Under the pieces are notes generated by a model. The model made no database searches, was not told the origin of the DNA, and worked only from the letters and a program-made list of their open reading frames with translations. Shown in pieces: positions 37,307 to 47,226 of a stretch of DNA of 64,000 bases (position 1 is its first letter; each line of letters starts with the position of its first letter). Where the stretch lies: positions 1 to 64,000 of IMG/VR virus record IMGVR_UViG_3300038468_000170; one strand, 5' to 3'. The translations under genes were made by a program, and so were the position numbers. The DNA comes from a virus.

Positions 37307-37728
37307 CCTATTACGCACAGCTCGGAGCTCGCGACCTCGTCATGAACATCATCGAGGATCACGAGGAGCGCACTCCCGCAGGGATCTGGGATCTCATTCA
37401 CCGAGGCGTGCGGCTCGTCGCCCTTCCGGACGGCGTTCGGCATCCACTCCCGGGCGAGCGGTACGAAGGGGCAGTAACGTTCGTGGAAGACCACGAGTGG
37501 CTCTCGACCGACGCCATCCCGCACGCCGAGATGGCCGTCGAGCACCATCGGCGCGTTCGTGACGTTGCCCGAAGAGCGCTAAACCGGATCGCGAAAGTGC
37601 CGGACGCCTTCAACTGGGAAGAAGAGGAGGCGCAGATGAAGCTCCAAAAAAGCGAGACACAACTTGAGCGAGAAACCCGCTCGCTCGTCGCTCTGAAGGA
37701 GCGACTCGGACGCGCAAAAACCGCCTAG
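37303..37728 (+). CDS. Hypothetical protein
   Basis: ATGA overlap; coiled-coil C-terminus. Confidence 0.6.
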   Translation: MTYYAQLGARDLVMNIIEDHEERTPAGIWDLIHRGVRLVALPDGVRHPLPGERYEGAVTFVEDHEWLSTDAIPHAEMAVEHHRRVRDVARRALNRIAKVPDAFNWEEEEAQMKLQKSETQLERETRSLVALKERLGRAKTA

Positions 37729-37770
37729 GTCTTGACGTATCCTTTTCGTTAGCACATCATCCTCCCCACA

Positions 37771-39798
37771 ATGCCCGGCCTCCGAAAGGAAGAGGCGCTG
37801 GTTCTTCGTGTTTTCAGCGTCACAATCACAGACAGCAAGGAGAACATCATCGGCGACGCAATTCGAAGCGTTGTCGACCACGTCGATCGCGTTCTCCTCG
37901 TCGACACTGGTATCACCGACCAGACCATCGAACGCGCCAGAGAAGTCGCCGGTGACAAGCTCATAGTCACCAAGCACAAGTGGGTCGACTTCTCGACCGC
38001 CCGCAACTTCGGCATCGACGTCGCTCGACGTAGAGGAGCCACTTGGATCGTCATCGTCGATTCTGACGAACGGCTCAACCTCTGTTTGGATTTGCGAAGT
38101 GCGCTCGCGAATGTACGAAAAGACATAGTGCGCATCGAATCGGACGACGGGCATTACCCGAAAGAGAAGATCCTACGTGCCGCGTCCGGGGTTCATTACT
38201 TCGGGCCGACTCACGAAGTGATGATCGGAGGCGAACGCGAAACGCTCGCAGGTGCGACATTCTCCGAGCTGCCGAAGTCCGCCGAGCAGTACAGACACAA
38301 GTTCGAACGCGACGTGAAGCTCCTGACCGAATTCGTCAAGAAACACCCCGACGATCCACGCTGGTGGTACTACCTCGGCGCATCGTACGAGGGACTCGGA
38401 GAACACGTACTCGCAGCCGAGGCATTCAGGGAATGCGTCGTGCGAAGAAGGTTCGGCGATGAAGCGGCTTGGGCCGCATACAAGCAGGCCGAGCAACTCT
38501 TCATGCTCGATCGATTCGAGGAAGCCATCATGGCGGCTGCTCGAGGAATGGGCGCGAACGCCACCTTCGCCGAGTGCGCATGGATCGCCGCCGTGTCCGC
38601 GACGCGGTTGGGCCGTAACGATCAGGCAATTGCCTGGGCGCGCATCTCTGAAGCAGTCGGTCGATACAAAGGATGCGGTACAGCCAGGGAATACTTCCGC
38701 TATATGCCAGCGCTGTACGAGCTTCCGTACGATGTCTTGAGATTCGTGCTTCCAGATGAAGCGAGCCAAGAGAAAGCAGATGCCGATTTTCACGCAGCCA
38801 AGCGCGCCCGCGTGGGGGCAACCGACGAATCCGATTTAGACCGCCTAAGCGTGTCTCGATCAGCATCCTGGCCGAGCCGAGACGAAGCGCGGTCGATGCT
38901 CAGGCCGCTGCCACTCTCGAGCATGTGCCCAAGCGCACGTGCCGTTCAGATACAGTTCACAGCCCCGGATGGGTGGCACCCTATGAACCCAAGCATCTGC
39001 TTGCACAAAGGCAAGATGATGTGCGTGGTACGGACCGTCAACTACTCACTGAACGGCAGGCAGTACACCATCAACGACCCGGAGAACGTCGTCCGCACCG
39101 AAAACTATCTCGGAGAACTCGGTCCAAACGGAGAATTCCTCCATCCGACGCTGATGCGCGACCTAGACACGTCCCCCAGACAGCCGTCGCAAATCGTTGG
39201 GTACGAGGACATCCGCTTGGTCTCGATCAAGGGATCCGATGGCGACGACGTACTAGCGGGAAGCTCGACGGTCTGCGACCGCGATCCGGCACGACGGATG
39301 ATCGCTCGGCTCGATTTCGATCGCGACGGAAACATAGAACGAGCCGTCGTACAGCCGACCAATCAACAACACGAGAAGAACTGGATGCCCCTCTCGGTGG
39401 GTGGCGAGTTCGCTTACATCTACTCGCTAGACCCGACGGCCATCCTACCGGGCCCCCTGCGGTCTTGTCCGTTCGCCCTCGAACACCTGCGCGGCAGCGC
39501 CGCAATCACCTTCAACGACGAATACCTGTGCGTCATGCACGAAACCATCGAGGCGAACGAAAGCCGGATCTACCTGCACCGGTTCGTGCGACTCGATGCA
39601 AAGTTCAACGTGACGGCCGTCTCGCCGGCTTGGATTTTCTCGCACTACGGCATCGAGTTCTGCGCAGGGCTCGTGCTCGACGGCGCCACCCTCGTTCTTT
39701 CCTATGGAATCACCGATCGGGAAGCGTGGATCATGCGAGTCGATGCGAGAGAGGTCGAAGCGATGCGGTGGATCACGCCAAAAGGACCCAACACATGA
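37771..39798 (+). CDS. GT2 glycosyltransferase + TPR + beta-propeller (glycosidase-like) fusion
   Basis: LVDTGITDQT, DFSTARN, IVDSDE, THE; TPR-like DPRWWYYLGASY; NPSI, GYEDIRL, EKNWMP, IEFCAGL. Confidence 0.85.
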   Translation: MPGLRKEEALVLRVFSVTITDSKENIIGDAIRSVVDHVDRVLLVDTGITDQTIERAREVAGDKLIVTKHKWVDFSTARNFGIDVARRRGATWIVIVDSDERLNLCLDLRSALANVRKDIVRIESDDGHYPKEKILRAASGVHYFGPTHEVMIGGERETLAGATFSELPKSAEQYRHKFERDVKLLTEFVKKHPDDPRWWYYLGASYEGLGEHVLAAEAFRECVVRRRFGDEAAWAAYKQAEQLFMLDRFEEAIMAAARGMGANATFAECAWIAAVSATRLGRNDQAIAWARISEAVGRYKGCGTAREYFRYMPALYELPYDVLRFVLPDEASQEKADADFHAAKRARVGATDESDLDRLSVSRSASWPSRDEARSMLRPLPLSSMCPSARAVQIQFTAPDGWHPMNPSICLHKGKMMCVVRTVNYSLNGRQYTINDPENVVRTENYLGELGPNGEFLHPTLMRDLDTSPRQPSQIVGYEDIRLVSIKGSDGDDVLAGSSTVCDRDPARRMIARLDFDRDGNIERAVVQPTNQQHEKNWMPLSVGGEFAYIYSLDPTAILPGPLRSCPFALEHLRGSAAITFNDEYLCVMHETIEANESRIYLHRFVRLDAKFNVTAVSPAWIFSHYGIEFCAGLVLDGATLVLSYGITDREAWIMRVDAREVEAMRWITPKGPNT

Positions 39799-41054
39799 AT
39801 CGGATAATGCTAGGAACCCCTTGTTTCGCGGAAGAGTACGAGATACTTCGCCGCGCATTGAGATCCTTCCAAGAGCCAGACGTCGACGTGGTTGCGATCG
39901 ACAATGGCGGCTCGTTAGACGTCAAGCGCGCGATCAGCGACGAATTCGAAGCAACAGGTGCCATCGAGATCATCCGTAACGAACGCAACGTGTACGTCAA
40001 CCCGGCTTGGAACCAACTCGCCACACGATTTCTAGATTCGGACGCAGAGATTCTCGTCGTAGCTAACGCCGACCTAGTTGTGGCTCCCGGCTGGTCGAAG
40101 ACGCTGTTAGCGAGACATCAATGGGCAGCGCTCGCTAAGCAACGAGAACTGTGGTTCGGCAGAGCGACGCCTTCGATCGAGGAAGCATCCAATGCGCATC
40201 CTAGCTCAATAGAGACAACCGTTGAAGCTGCCGGGGATCGAAGCACGTTTGGATCATTTTTCGCTATGCCCAGAGCTGGCGTGCGGATTGCGTTCCCTAT
40301 CCCGTCTGAACTTCTTATTTGGTACGGAGACGGCTGGATCCACAACATTTTGTCGGAGGCGGGCTACCATAACGTGATCTTACGAAACGTGGTCTGCTGG
40401 CACAAAGGCGGAATGAGCTCAGAACGGGTTCCCGAACGCACACAAATCACCGCTCGTGAAAAGATCGTCTGGGACAGTTACCTAGGTAACGTGTGCCGCA
40501 CCATCGGCGCCAAAACAGGGAACGAGAATATGGATGAGATTGAACGGCAATTCACGGTTTTTCGCGACACCCCCGCGGACATCAACGAACACATGCAGAA
40601 GCTATGCGACTACGCGAGGGAGTGCGAACACGTCACCGAATTCGGCACCGGTCGCTCTACGTGGGCGTTTCTAAACGCTCGACCAAAAACGCTACGGTGC
40701 TACGACATCGGGGGCGGCGATTTCTTGAGGCAGGAGCGTGTTGCCGCCGAAGCCGGCATCGATTTCCGCTTCGAACAAGCGGATACTGGCGAGTTGACCA
40801 TCGAACCTACGGATCTCTTGTTCATCGATACGTATCACGTCTACCGACAACTACGAACGGAACTCGAACTACACGGCCACAAAGCGAGGAAATACATCCT
40901 CATGCATGACACGGAAATTTTCGGCGACCGTAGTGAAGATGGATCGGTTCCTGGTCTGTGGGAGGCCATAGAGGAGTTCGTCACGAACCATCCGGAGTGG
41001 CGAGTCGTCGAGAGACTTGCAAACAACAACGGGCTCACCGTTTTAAAGCGCTGA
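39795..41054 (+). CDS. GT2 glycosyltransferase-methyltransferase fusion
   Basis: AIDNGGS, NVYVNPAWN, ANAD, WYGD; then VTEFG, DLLFIDTYH, ILMHDT, NNNGLTVL. Confidence 0.85.
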   Translation: MNRIMLGTPCFAEEYEILRRALRSFQEPDVDVVAIDNGGSLDVKRAISDEFEATGAIEIIRNERNVYVNPAWNQLATRFLDSDAEILVVANADLVVAPGWSKTLLARHQWAALAKQRELWFGRATPSIEEASNAHPSSIETTVEAAGDRSTFGSFFAMPRAGVRIAFPIPSELLIWYGDGWIHNILSEAGYHNVILRNVVCWHKGGMSSERVPERTQITAREKIVWDSYLGNVCRTIGAKTGNENMDEIERQFTVFRDTPADINEHMQKLCDYARECEHVTEFGTGRSTWAFLNARPKTLRCYDIGGGDFLRQERVAAEAGIDFRFEQADTGELTIEPTDLLFIDTYHVYRQLRTELELHGHKARKYILMHDTEIFGDRSEDGSVPGLWEAIEEFVTNHPEWRVVERLANNNGLTVLKR

Positions 41055-41056
41055 AA

Positions 41057-41632
41057 ATGGACATCGAACACGTTGTTTCTACGGCGGAACAAATCCACGG
41101 GTGGATGAGCAAGGAAGAACTACGGTGGCTCGCAGAAACGGCAGCCGAGAGAAAACTGATCGTCGAAGTAGGATCTTGGCGCGGCAGATCAACCAAAGCT
41201 CTCGCCATGACGACACCTGGCCGCGTTTTTGCGGTCGACCACTGGTCCGGCTCGGTCTCTGAGCGAGACAGTGTGCATCGTGAAGCAGTCGAGCTCGGCG
41301 CAGACGAAATATTCCGACAATTCTGCGCGAACCTAGCCCCAGAAATTCGCAAAGGCTGCCTGGTTCCATTGCGTCAAGACAGCACCGTCGCCGCTGCCAC
41401 ACTTCTCCCTGTGCTGGTCCCTCCAGGCGCCGACATGATTTTCATCGACGCCGAGCACACCTTCGAGTCCGTGCGACGAGACATCGTCAGCTTTTTACCT
41501 CTTTGCGCCAACGGCGCAGTCTTGTGCGGACACGACTACGGACACGAACCAGTCACTCGCGCCGTCAGAGAAACGCTCGGCAGATTTGAGGTCCGTGTCG
41601 TCGCCGGTAGTATTTGGGCGGTCACTGTATGA
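41057..41632 (+). CDS. Class I SAM methyltransferase (Methyltransf_24-like)
   Basis: VEVGSWRGRST, DMIFIDAEH, LCGHDY. Confidence 0.88.
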   Translation: MDIEHVVSTAEQIHGWMSKEELRWLAETAAERKLIVEVGSWRGRSTKALAMTTPGRVFAVDHWSGSVSERDSVHREAVELGADEIFRQFCANLAPEIRKGCLVPLRQDSTVAAATLLPVLVPPGADMIFIDAEHTFESVRRDIVSFLPLCANGAVLCGHDYGHEPVTRAVRETLGRFEVRVVAGSIWAVTV

Positions 41633-42513
41633 TGCAAAAAATAGCCGTAGTCTCCGGAGGTAGCCCCGACTACTTGGTCGACATCGTTGCAGACGGATTG
41701 ATTCGACTCTTAGGGCGAGACAAGGTCCATCTTCGGTTCAATCAGTTCGCACCTTGGCCGGGGTTCGCGCAAACACTACACGGATTTGAATCCGATGCAT
41801 CTACTATCGACGAATGCGGAGTTCTGATCGCATCCGTTCGAAGTGATCTAGACGCACTGCTCAAATCACGAGCCGGCAAACTAGTAGCAGTAATCGACGG
41901 CGAAGACGACGCGCACCTGCGATCAAAATGGATCGAATTTTCTGATCTGTACTTCAAGCGTGAATGCCTGAGAGGGGAATCACTCCCGCCCAAAGTGAGA
42001 TCTCTATCGTTCGCGGCCGTCCCCGAAGAAATAGAAAGAGCGAAGGACCGTGATGTTGAGGTCTTCTTCGCCTCGGGAGACAGTCACGAAGATCGAAAGA
42101 CAGTGCGTCGAATTCTTTCGCAAGAAAAAATGTGGAACACCAGCGTCGGCCATCTTTACGAATACACGCACGAGGCATACATGACGATGCTAGGTCGTTC
42201 TCGTATCGGGGTGAACGTAAGAGGCGCTGGTTGGGACACGTACCGATATTGGGAAATCGCATGGTCCGGTGCGCTCTTGCTGTCGCAACGGTTGGGCATA
42301 CAGATCGACGATGATTTCGTACCGAACGTGGAAGCGGTCTACTTCAACGGCGCTGAAGACTGTGTACGGATCGCAAAGACACTTCTCACGGATGAGGCAC
42401 GTCGTACGGACATTGCTGCGCGCGGGCTAGAAGCAGTAAGAACGCGGCACTTGTCAACCCATCGCGCCACGAAAGTTCTAGACATGCTGTCATCGGTCCG
42501 ATCCGGCACGTAA
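41629..42513 (+). CDS. Glycosyltransferase (CgeB/Glyco_trans_1_2-like)
   Basis: IDGED, YFKRE, GAGWDTYRYWEI...GALLL, IAARG. Confidence 0.78.
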   Translation: MMQKIAVVSGGSPDYLVDIVADGLIRLLGRDKVHLRFNQFAPWPGFAQTLHGFESDASTIDECGVLIASVRSDLDALLKSRAGKLVAVIDGEDDAHLRSKWIEFSDLYFKRECLRGESLPPKVRSLSFAAVPEEIERAKDRDVEVFFASGDSHEDRKTVRRILSQEKMWNTSVGHLYEYTHEAYMTMLGRSRIGVNVRGAGWDTYRYWEIAWSGALLLSQRLGIQIDDDFVPNVEAVYFNGAEDCVRIAKTLLTDEARRTDIAARGLEAVRTRHLSTHRATKVLDMLSSVRSGT

Positions 42514-42562
42514 ATAACCAGTGTTTTCGGGGGGTATCAACTTCGAGTAGAATGGGAGCGCG

Positions 42563-43528
42563 ATGCCGCCCCAAACCCCTCCCTGGAAAGCCGTTGCGGT
42601 CGGCGGCCTCGTTCTCGGGGGCCTTGGCGCCCTCATGCTCCTCGGACGTCGCTCCGAGGCGGCTCCGGCGACGCCTAAGCGCGTGGCGCTCATCGGCGAC
42701 TCGTACGCGGTCGGACTCGGTCCGGAGCTGGCGAAACTGCTTGCTGGATTTCAGTGCCAGGGGGACGGGTTCACATGCACCGGGGCAAGCTGCGAGGGGC
42801 ACGCTGGAACGAACACCGCGCAATGGTCCACGCACGCGAAGGAGTGCGGCCATTGCGGCGACTGGCTCACCGCGTTCAAGCCCGACGTCGTGCTCGTCTC
42901 CCTCGGCGTGAACGACGGCAGCGCTCCGAATCCGGCGAACTACCAGAGCATCGTGAGCGCTCTTCACGGGATCGGGGCGCGCGTGATCTGGATCGAGCCT
43001 CCGGCGGGAGTAAAGACGCCCTCACGCGCCATCATCCGGTCGCTGGGGGTGCCGACCGTGCCAGGTACAGCAACGCCGCTTGCGTCGGACGGTTTGCATC
43101 CTACGAGCTACCAGATGTGGGCGCGAGAGGTTGCACAAGCGCTTACGCAGGCGCCGAACAACGAATCCTCAAACGTGGCAAGCCTCGTCGGGCCTAACTA
43201 TCCGGTGAAGTACAATGCCCAAGCGCTTCAAGTAGCCGCAGCACCAGATCCAAAGAATCCCGTTATGTTGTGTAGCTACGCCGCATTCGCGCAACTAGAG
43301 TCGCCTGATCTTGCAACGGGATGGGTAAATCTCTGGTCGCTCAAAGCCAAGTATGAGACCGCACCCGAAGCGCTCTACCGGATGATCGGAAGGCAACGGA
43401 TCGTACGACTCGTGAAACGGTACTTCGATCCGAAAACATTCGCCGAACTACCGCCTGACATTCTCTACGAGAGCGATCAGAAGTTTCCGATCCCGACAGC
43501 CCCGGATCGAGGAGTGCCTTGCGGATGA
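42563..43528 (+). CDS. SGNH/GDSL hydrolase with N-terminal membrane anchor
   Basis: LIGDS, SLGVND, DGLHP. Confidence 0.85.
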   Translation: MPPQTPPWKAVAVGGLVLGGLGALMLLGRRSEAAPATPKRVALIGDSYAVGLGPELAKLLAGFQCQGDGFTCTGASCEGHAGTNTAQWSTHAKECGHCGDWLTAFKPDVVLVSLGVNDGSAPNPANYQSIVSALHGIGARVIWIEPPAGVKTPSRAIIRSLGVPTVPGTATPLASDGLHPTSYQMWAREVAQALTQAPNNESSNVASLVGPNYPVKYNAQALQVAAAPDPKNPVMLCSYAAFAQLESPDLATGWVNLWSLKAKYETAPEALYRMIGRQRIVRLVKRYFDPKTFAELPPDILYESDQKFPIPTAPDRGVPCG

Positions 43529-44064
43529 AAACTTGCTGGATCCCCATCAATCCGGACACGTCCGGAAACTATCTCGCGACGCCGGGCAACCACTACGCCG
43601 TACTCCTCAGCGTCGACTCACGCGCGTCAATGAAAGACGTGACCGACGAGCTCAACAAGAACGAGCTCTCGGTCATCTACGGATGGCAGAGCGGACAGCA
43701 AACCCGAAAACGGTTCGCCATCGACCGGTGGCTGGAGATGCTTCCCCCACCGGCCGACGGAACGGTTTGGATGTACTTCGAGCTCGCCTACACAGGGTCG
43801 ACGCCGAAGACGCTCGCGCGACACGTCGAGAAGTGCGTGCTGTTCATCTGCGGCAGCGTGGACATCACCTACGCCTTCGAAGCGCAGCAAAAACCGGACG
43901 ACTACGCGCCGTGCAGCCCCGGGGAATCAGGCGGAGCATCGATTCCGCCTCCGTGTCCGCAGTGCCCTCGTCCAAACACAATGAAACCGTTCCTGGTTGG
44001 CGCCGGAATCGGCGGATCGGCAACGCTTGCCGCCTTCTGGCTGTGGAAGGTGTTTCATGGCTGA
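43525..44064 (+). CDS. Tail-anchored membrane protein
   Basis: C-terminal FLVGAGIGGSATLAAFWLWK. Confidence 0.6.
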   Translation: MKTCWIPINPDTSGNYLATPGNHYAVLLSVDSRASMKDVTDELNKNELSVIYGWQSGQQTRKRFAIDRWLEMLPPPADGTVWMYFELAYTGSTPKTLARHVEKCVLFICGSVDITYAFEAQQKPDDYAPCSPGESGGASIPPPCPQCPRPNTMKPFLVGAGIGGSATLAAFWLWKVFHG

Positions 44065-44329
44065 GACGATCCAACGTAACGGCCGTCAAGTGCCAGGTTT
44101 CGCACTCGGCGACGACGATCCTGAACACTTCCGCGTGCTGATAGGCAAAGTCCTCGAGAAGGTCGAGAGCTTCTCTCATGGTCTGACGCATCGCGAGCTG
44201 GCCATCCTGCGGCTCGGGCTCATGGCGAGCCACATGGAAGAAAGCATCGCGCAAGGCGACTGGAAAAGAGCGGACGCGCACGCGGACAACGTCGCGCAGC
44301 TATTGCGACAGCTCGAGGCGACACGCTGA
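44057..44329 (+). CDS. Hypothetical helical protein
   Basis: Overlap coupling. Confidence 0.55.
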   Translation: MAETIQRNGRQVPGFALGDDDPEHFRVLIGKVLEKVESFSHGLTHRELAILRLGLMASHMEESIAQGDWKRADAHADNVAQLLRQLEATR

Positions 44330-44345
44330 TCAAGGAGCACTTACG

Positions 44346-44552
44346 ATGGAGAGAATCTATCTACATGCGCGTCCGGTGCTCGGTTTCTCGCTTGGAGCAG
44401 ATGATTCAAGTCCGATGGATCTGGTGCGTTGCTCCGACGGCAGCGTTCATCGCGCCGGGCAATGCCCGATGAGTACCGGCGCGAAAGTCGCGATCGGCGG
44501 CGGAATTGTCGCCGCAACAAGTCTGGTGATCTGGTTGGTGTCTCGTGGCTGA
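44346..44552 (+). CDS. Small tail-anchored protein
   Basis: AAGGAG RBS; C-terminal TM. Confidence 0.6.
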   Translation: MERIYLHARPVLGFSLGADDSSPMDLVRCSDGSVHRAGQCPMSTGAKVAIGGGIVAATSLVIWLVSRG

Positions 44553-45159
44553 CCTAGGTGGTTCTTCGAACGCAGCCATTGCGTTCGATTTCCTCGTAAG
44601 CAAGGGACTCAGTTGCGAGCAAGCGGCTGCGGTCGTCGGAAACCTGCAAGTAGAATCCTATCTCAATCCCAAAAACGACGTCCCGGATCCAAAGAAAAAC
44701 GATCCTTCGGCACGCGGACGAGGGATCGCATCTTGGGATCCAACCCGTTGGCAAAACTTGCTTACGTTCGCGGCCGGGAGAGATCCGCTCTCGCTTGGAG
44801 TGCAGCTCGAGTTTTTGTGGCACGAGCTCCCTTCCAACGGACTGGCGCAGCTTGCCTCAACAACTCGCCTGGAAGATGCGGTAGTAGTCTTTCAAAATCT
44901 CTTCGAACGCCCGCGCGTGGCGCACACCGACAAACGCATCGCGGCAGCACAAGCCGCGCTCTATTACTGCCAGACCATCATCGTACCGAAAAAGAGCACC
45001 TCGATCTGGGTCGCAGCAGGCGCACTCGCTCTCGGCGCTCTCGCCGCAATCGGGATCTACAAGGCGAAGAAACGGCCTCCTGCCTACGAAATCGAGCGGT
45101 TCGATCGCTATCCTCCACCAGACCGATGGGAACCCGAACCGGATCGGTGGGAACCGTGA
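44545..45159 (+). CDS. Phage tail-type lysozyme (Phage_lysozyme2-like) with C-terminal TM anchor
   Basis: QAAAVVGNLQVES.LNP...GIASW...QLEFLWHEL...FERP. Confidence 0.85.
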   Translation: MADLGGSSNAAIAFDFLVSKGLSCEQAAAVVGNLQVESYLNPKNDVPDPKKNDPSARGRGIASWDPTRWQNLLTFAAGRDPLSLGVQLEFLWHELPSNGLAQLASTTRLEDAVVVFQNLFERPRVAHTDKRIAAAQAALYYCQTIIVPKKSTSIWVAAGALALGALAAIGIYKAKKRPPAYEIERFDRYPPPDRWEPEPDRWEP

Positions 45160-45557
45160 ATCCGTTACTACGCGCCGCCGCGATCGGCGCCGGGGTCGTT
45201 GGAGTGTTCGGGGTGCTCCTCCTCTTCGAGAAGAAGGCCAAGGCTGCGCCGCTCTTGCCGCAACAACCTTCGCCAACGACTTATGGCGAAACGACGCGCG
45301 TTTCATTGCCGGTTCCGGATGGTTGGCGCCGGGCGACGAACACCGACCTTCAGAGCGCGTCCGATCTCGCCTCACATGCGGTTGCTTTACGCAACACACC
45401 AGGCTTCACATCGATGCCGTACGGCACACTGAGCCCGTTCGTCGCGAGCGACGGCAAAACGTACGCAACGTGGGTCGAGCAACACTATCACGAACCCGGC
45501 GGACCGATGAAACCGTGGGGGCTACATCACGGCGTCACGTTGCTGGCTAAGGTTTGA
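45156..45557 (+). CDS. Membrane-anchored protein; probable paralog of 11478-11906
   Basis: N-terminal TM; PDGW...PYGT...VEQH. Confidence 0.6.
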   Translation: MNPLLRAAAIGAGVVGVFGVLLLFEKKAKAAPLLPQQPSPTTYGETTRVSLPVPDGWRRATNTDLQSASDLASHAVALRNTPGFTSMPYGTLSPFVASDGKTYATWVEQHYHEPGGPMKPWGLHHGVTLLAKV

Positions 45558-45621
45558 GATTCCGATAGGTTAGGAAACAGATCTAGCGCCCCGTGTGACA
45601 GGGCTGATAGTCTTTCCCTCG

Positions 45622-46236
45622 ATGTCCAGAATCGCCGGTACGAGAAAAGGTGAAACATATCCGGACCGTTCACCCGGTGCGGGCGGGTTCGGCGGACTCC
45701 TACAACTCGGATCTGACGCACCCACGGAAGACGTGGCCTACTCTTCGTCGGGTCCGCTCACGATGGTGCGAGACAATTCGGGACCACCCGCGAACGAAAT
45801 CTCGATCCCGATGCGGAACTTCAAGTCTGGGAACCTGCTCGTCGTGATGTGGGCCGTCTACGCACAAGAAGATCCGGACTCGCCGGGCGCCATCACCATA
45901 TTCAACGTTCAGCCGTTCCTCGACGAAACCCCTTCTGGCGGTGGTTTACAAACGATTTCGGGCGCAGACCTCACGAGCCCGGTGCAACTCATCCCCGACA
46001 TCTCGCAATTCGGCAGAAGCGCAATCGTGTCGGTTCGCGTCTCGGGATTTCCGAACTTCAACGTCCGGTTCAACATAGAAAACACGTCTGGAACGAACAT
46101 CATCGTTCCTTCAGCGCTGGGCGTTCTCGACGTCGAACACGGAACGACACCCGGCAATACCCACTTCGTCGCATTCGAAATCGACGCCTCGATCGTCTCG
46201 CAGTTCTCGCCGAATATTCTCGTCGACGTTCCTTGA
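45622..46236 (+). CDS. Putative spike/decoration protein, ETYP family
   Basis: MSRIAGTRKGETYP. Confidence 0.65.
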   Translation: MSRIAGTRKGETYPDRSPGAGGFGGLLQLGSDAPTEDVAYSSSGPLTMVRDNSGPPANEISIPMRNFKSGNLLVVMWAVYAQEDPDSPGAITIFNVQPFLDETPSGGGLQTISGADLTSPVQLIPDISQFGRSAIVSVRVSGFPNFNVRFNIENTSGTNIIVPSALGVLDVEHGTTPGNTHFVAFEIDASIVSQFSPNILVDVP

Positions 46237-46246
46237 AGGAGATCCC

Positions 46247-46801
46247 ATGCGCATCGCGGGCACCAGAAGAGGCGAAACGTATCCAAAGCCGCCTCAGTCC
46301 GGGAATGCTCAAGGACTTTTGGAAGTGCGATCGGATGCGGTTCAAATCACTCATTTTACAGGAAATACAGATACGGCCGTCTTCGTTACTCGAAACGCGG
46401 GCGGTGACCCTCTCGAAGTCGTCTTTTCAAATTGGGCTACCGGCGACGTGCTCGAGGTTCAATACAACTTCATTCAAGACGGAGACGAAATATTCGATTC
46501 TGTGAACGTGTCAGTGTGCGCTGTCGTTTCGATAGATGGCGGTGCAACATGGAAACACCTTTCGCCAAGCGGCATACGAAACTTCTCCGATCAAGGTCCG
46601 TGCGCGGTAACGGTTTCGGCTGTTCTCAACGCTGCTCCTCGGGTGCGTTTATGGATCCAGCCCATCATTCCGGTACAAATTCGAGGAGTTGGTGAGCCCG
46701 CAACCAACGATAAAGCTGTCTACCTGCAATGCGCTCGCTATTCGGGCTCGATCTTTCCAGATGGAGCTTCCGGACAGCTTACCGAACAAGTAAGCCCATG
46801 A
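46247..46801 (+). CDS. Putative spike/decoration protein, ETYP family
   Basis: MRIAGTRRGETYP; VSIDGGATW Asp-box-like motif. Confidence 0.65.
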   Translation: MRIAGTRRGETYPKPPQSGNAQGLLEVRSDAVQITHFTGNTDTAVFVTRNAGGDPLEVVFSNWATGDVLEVQYNFIQDGDEIFDSVNVSVCAVVSIDGGATWKHLSPSGIRNFSDQGPCAVTVSAVLNAAPRVRLWIQPIIPVQIRGVGEPATNDKAVYLQCARYSGSIFPDGASGQLTEQVSP

Positions 46802-47226
46802 AGGTCGGAGGATACACATATCTAACCAACGACGGATTGCTTGCACAAGGCAGTGTACCCCCGACGAACGTGTCACTTCCGTTCGACACGATCGTGCTCG
46901 CTGCACGAGAACATCAGTTTCGAATGCCCAAGTTCACAGGCGAAGTGATCTACGCGCCGCTCGACGACAGCGGCCCGCCACCGACCTTAGCCGAACGTGA
47001 GCTCATCAAACGGACCGCGAGCCGTGTCGCCCAACGAATCCGAGCCAAGCGGCGCGTCCTTGTGACGTGCCACCAGGGGCGCAACCGTTCTGGGGTCATC
47101 GCGGGGCTTGCGCTCGTAGAGCTCGGCCTGCCTGGCCCTCGAGCGGCAGAGCGAATCAAACGGATTCGGAACGGTCTCACCAACCGCTACTTCCATGAGA
47201 TGGTGGTAGGAGGACGACGACTATGA
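46798..47226 (+). CDS. Dual-specificity (Cys-based) phosphatase
   Basis: PLDD acid loop and VLVTCHQGRNRS CX5R motif. Confidence 0.85.
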   Translation: MKVGGYTYLTNDGLLAQGSVPPTNVSLPFDTIVLAAREHQFRMPKFTGEVIYAPLDDSGPPPTLAERELIKRTASRVAQRIRAKRRVLVTCHQGRNRSGVIAGLALVELGLPGPRAAERIKRIRNGLTNRYFHEMVVGGRRL

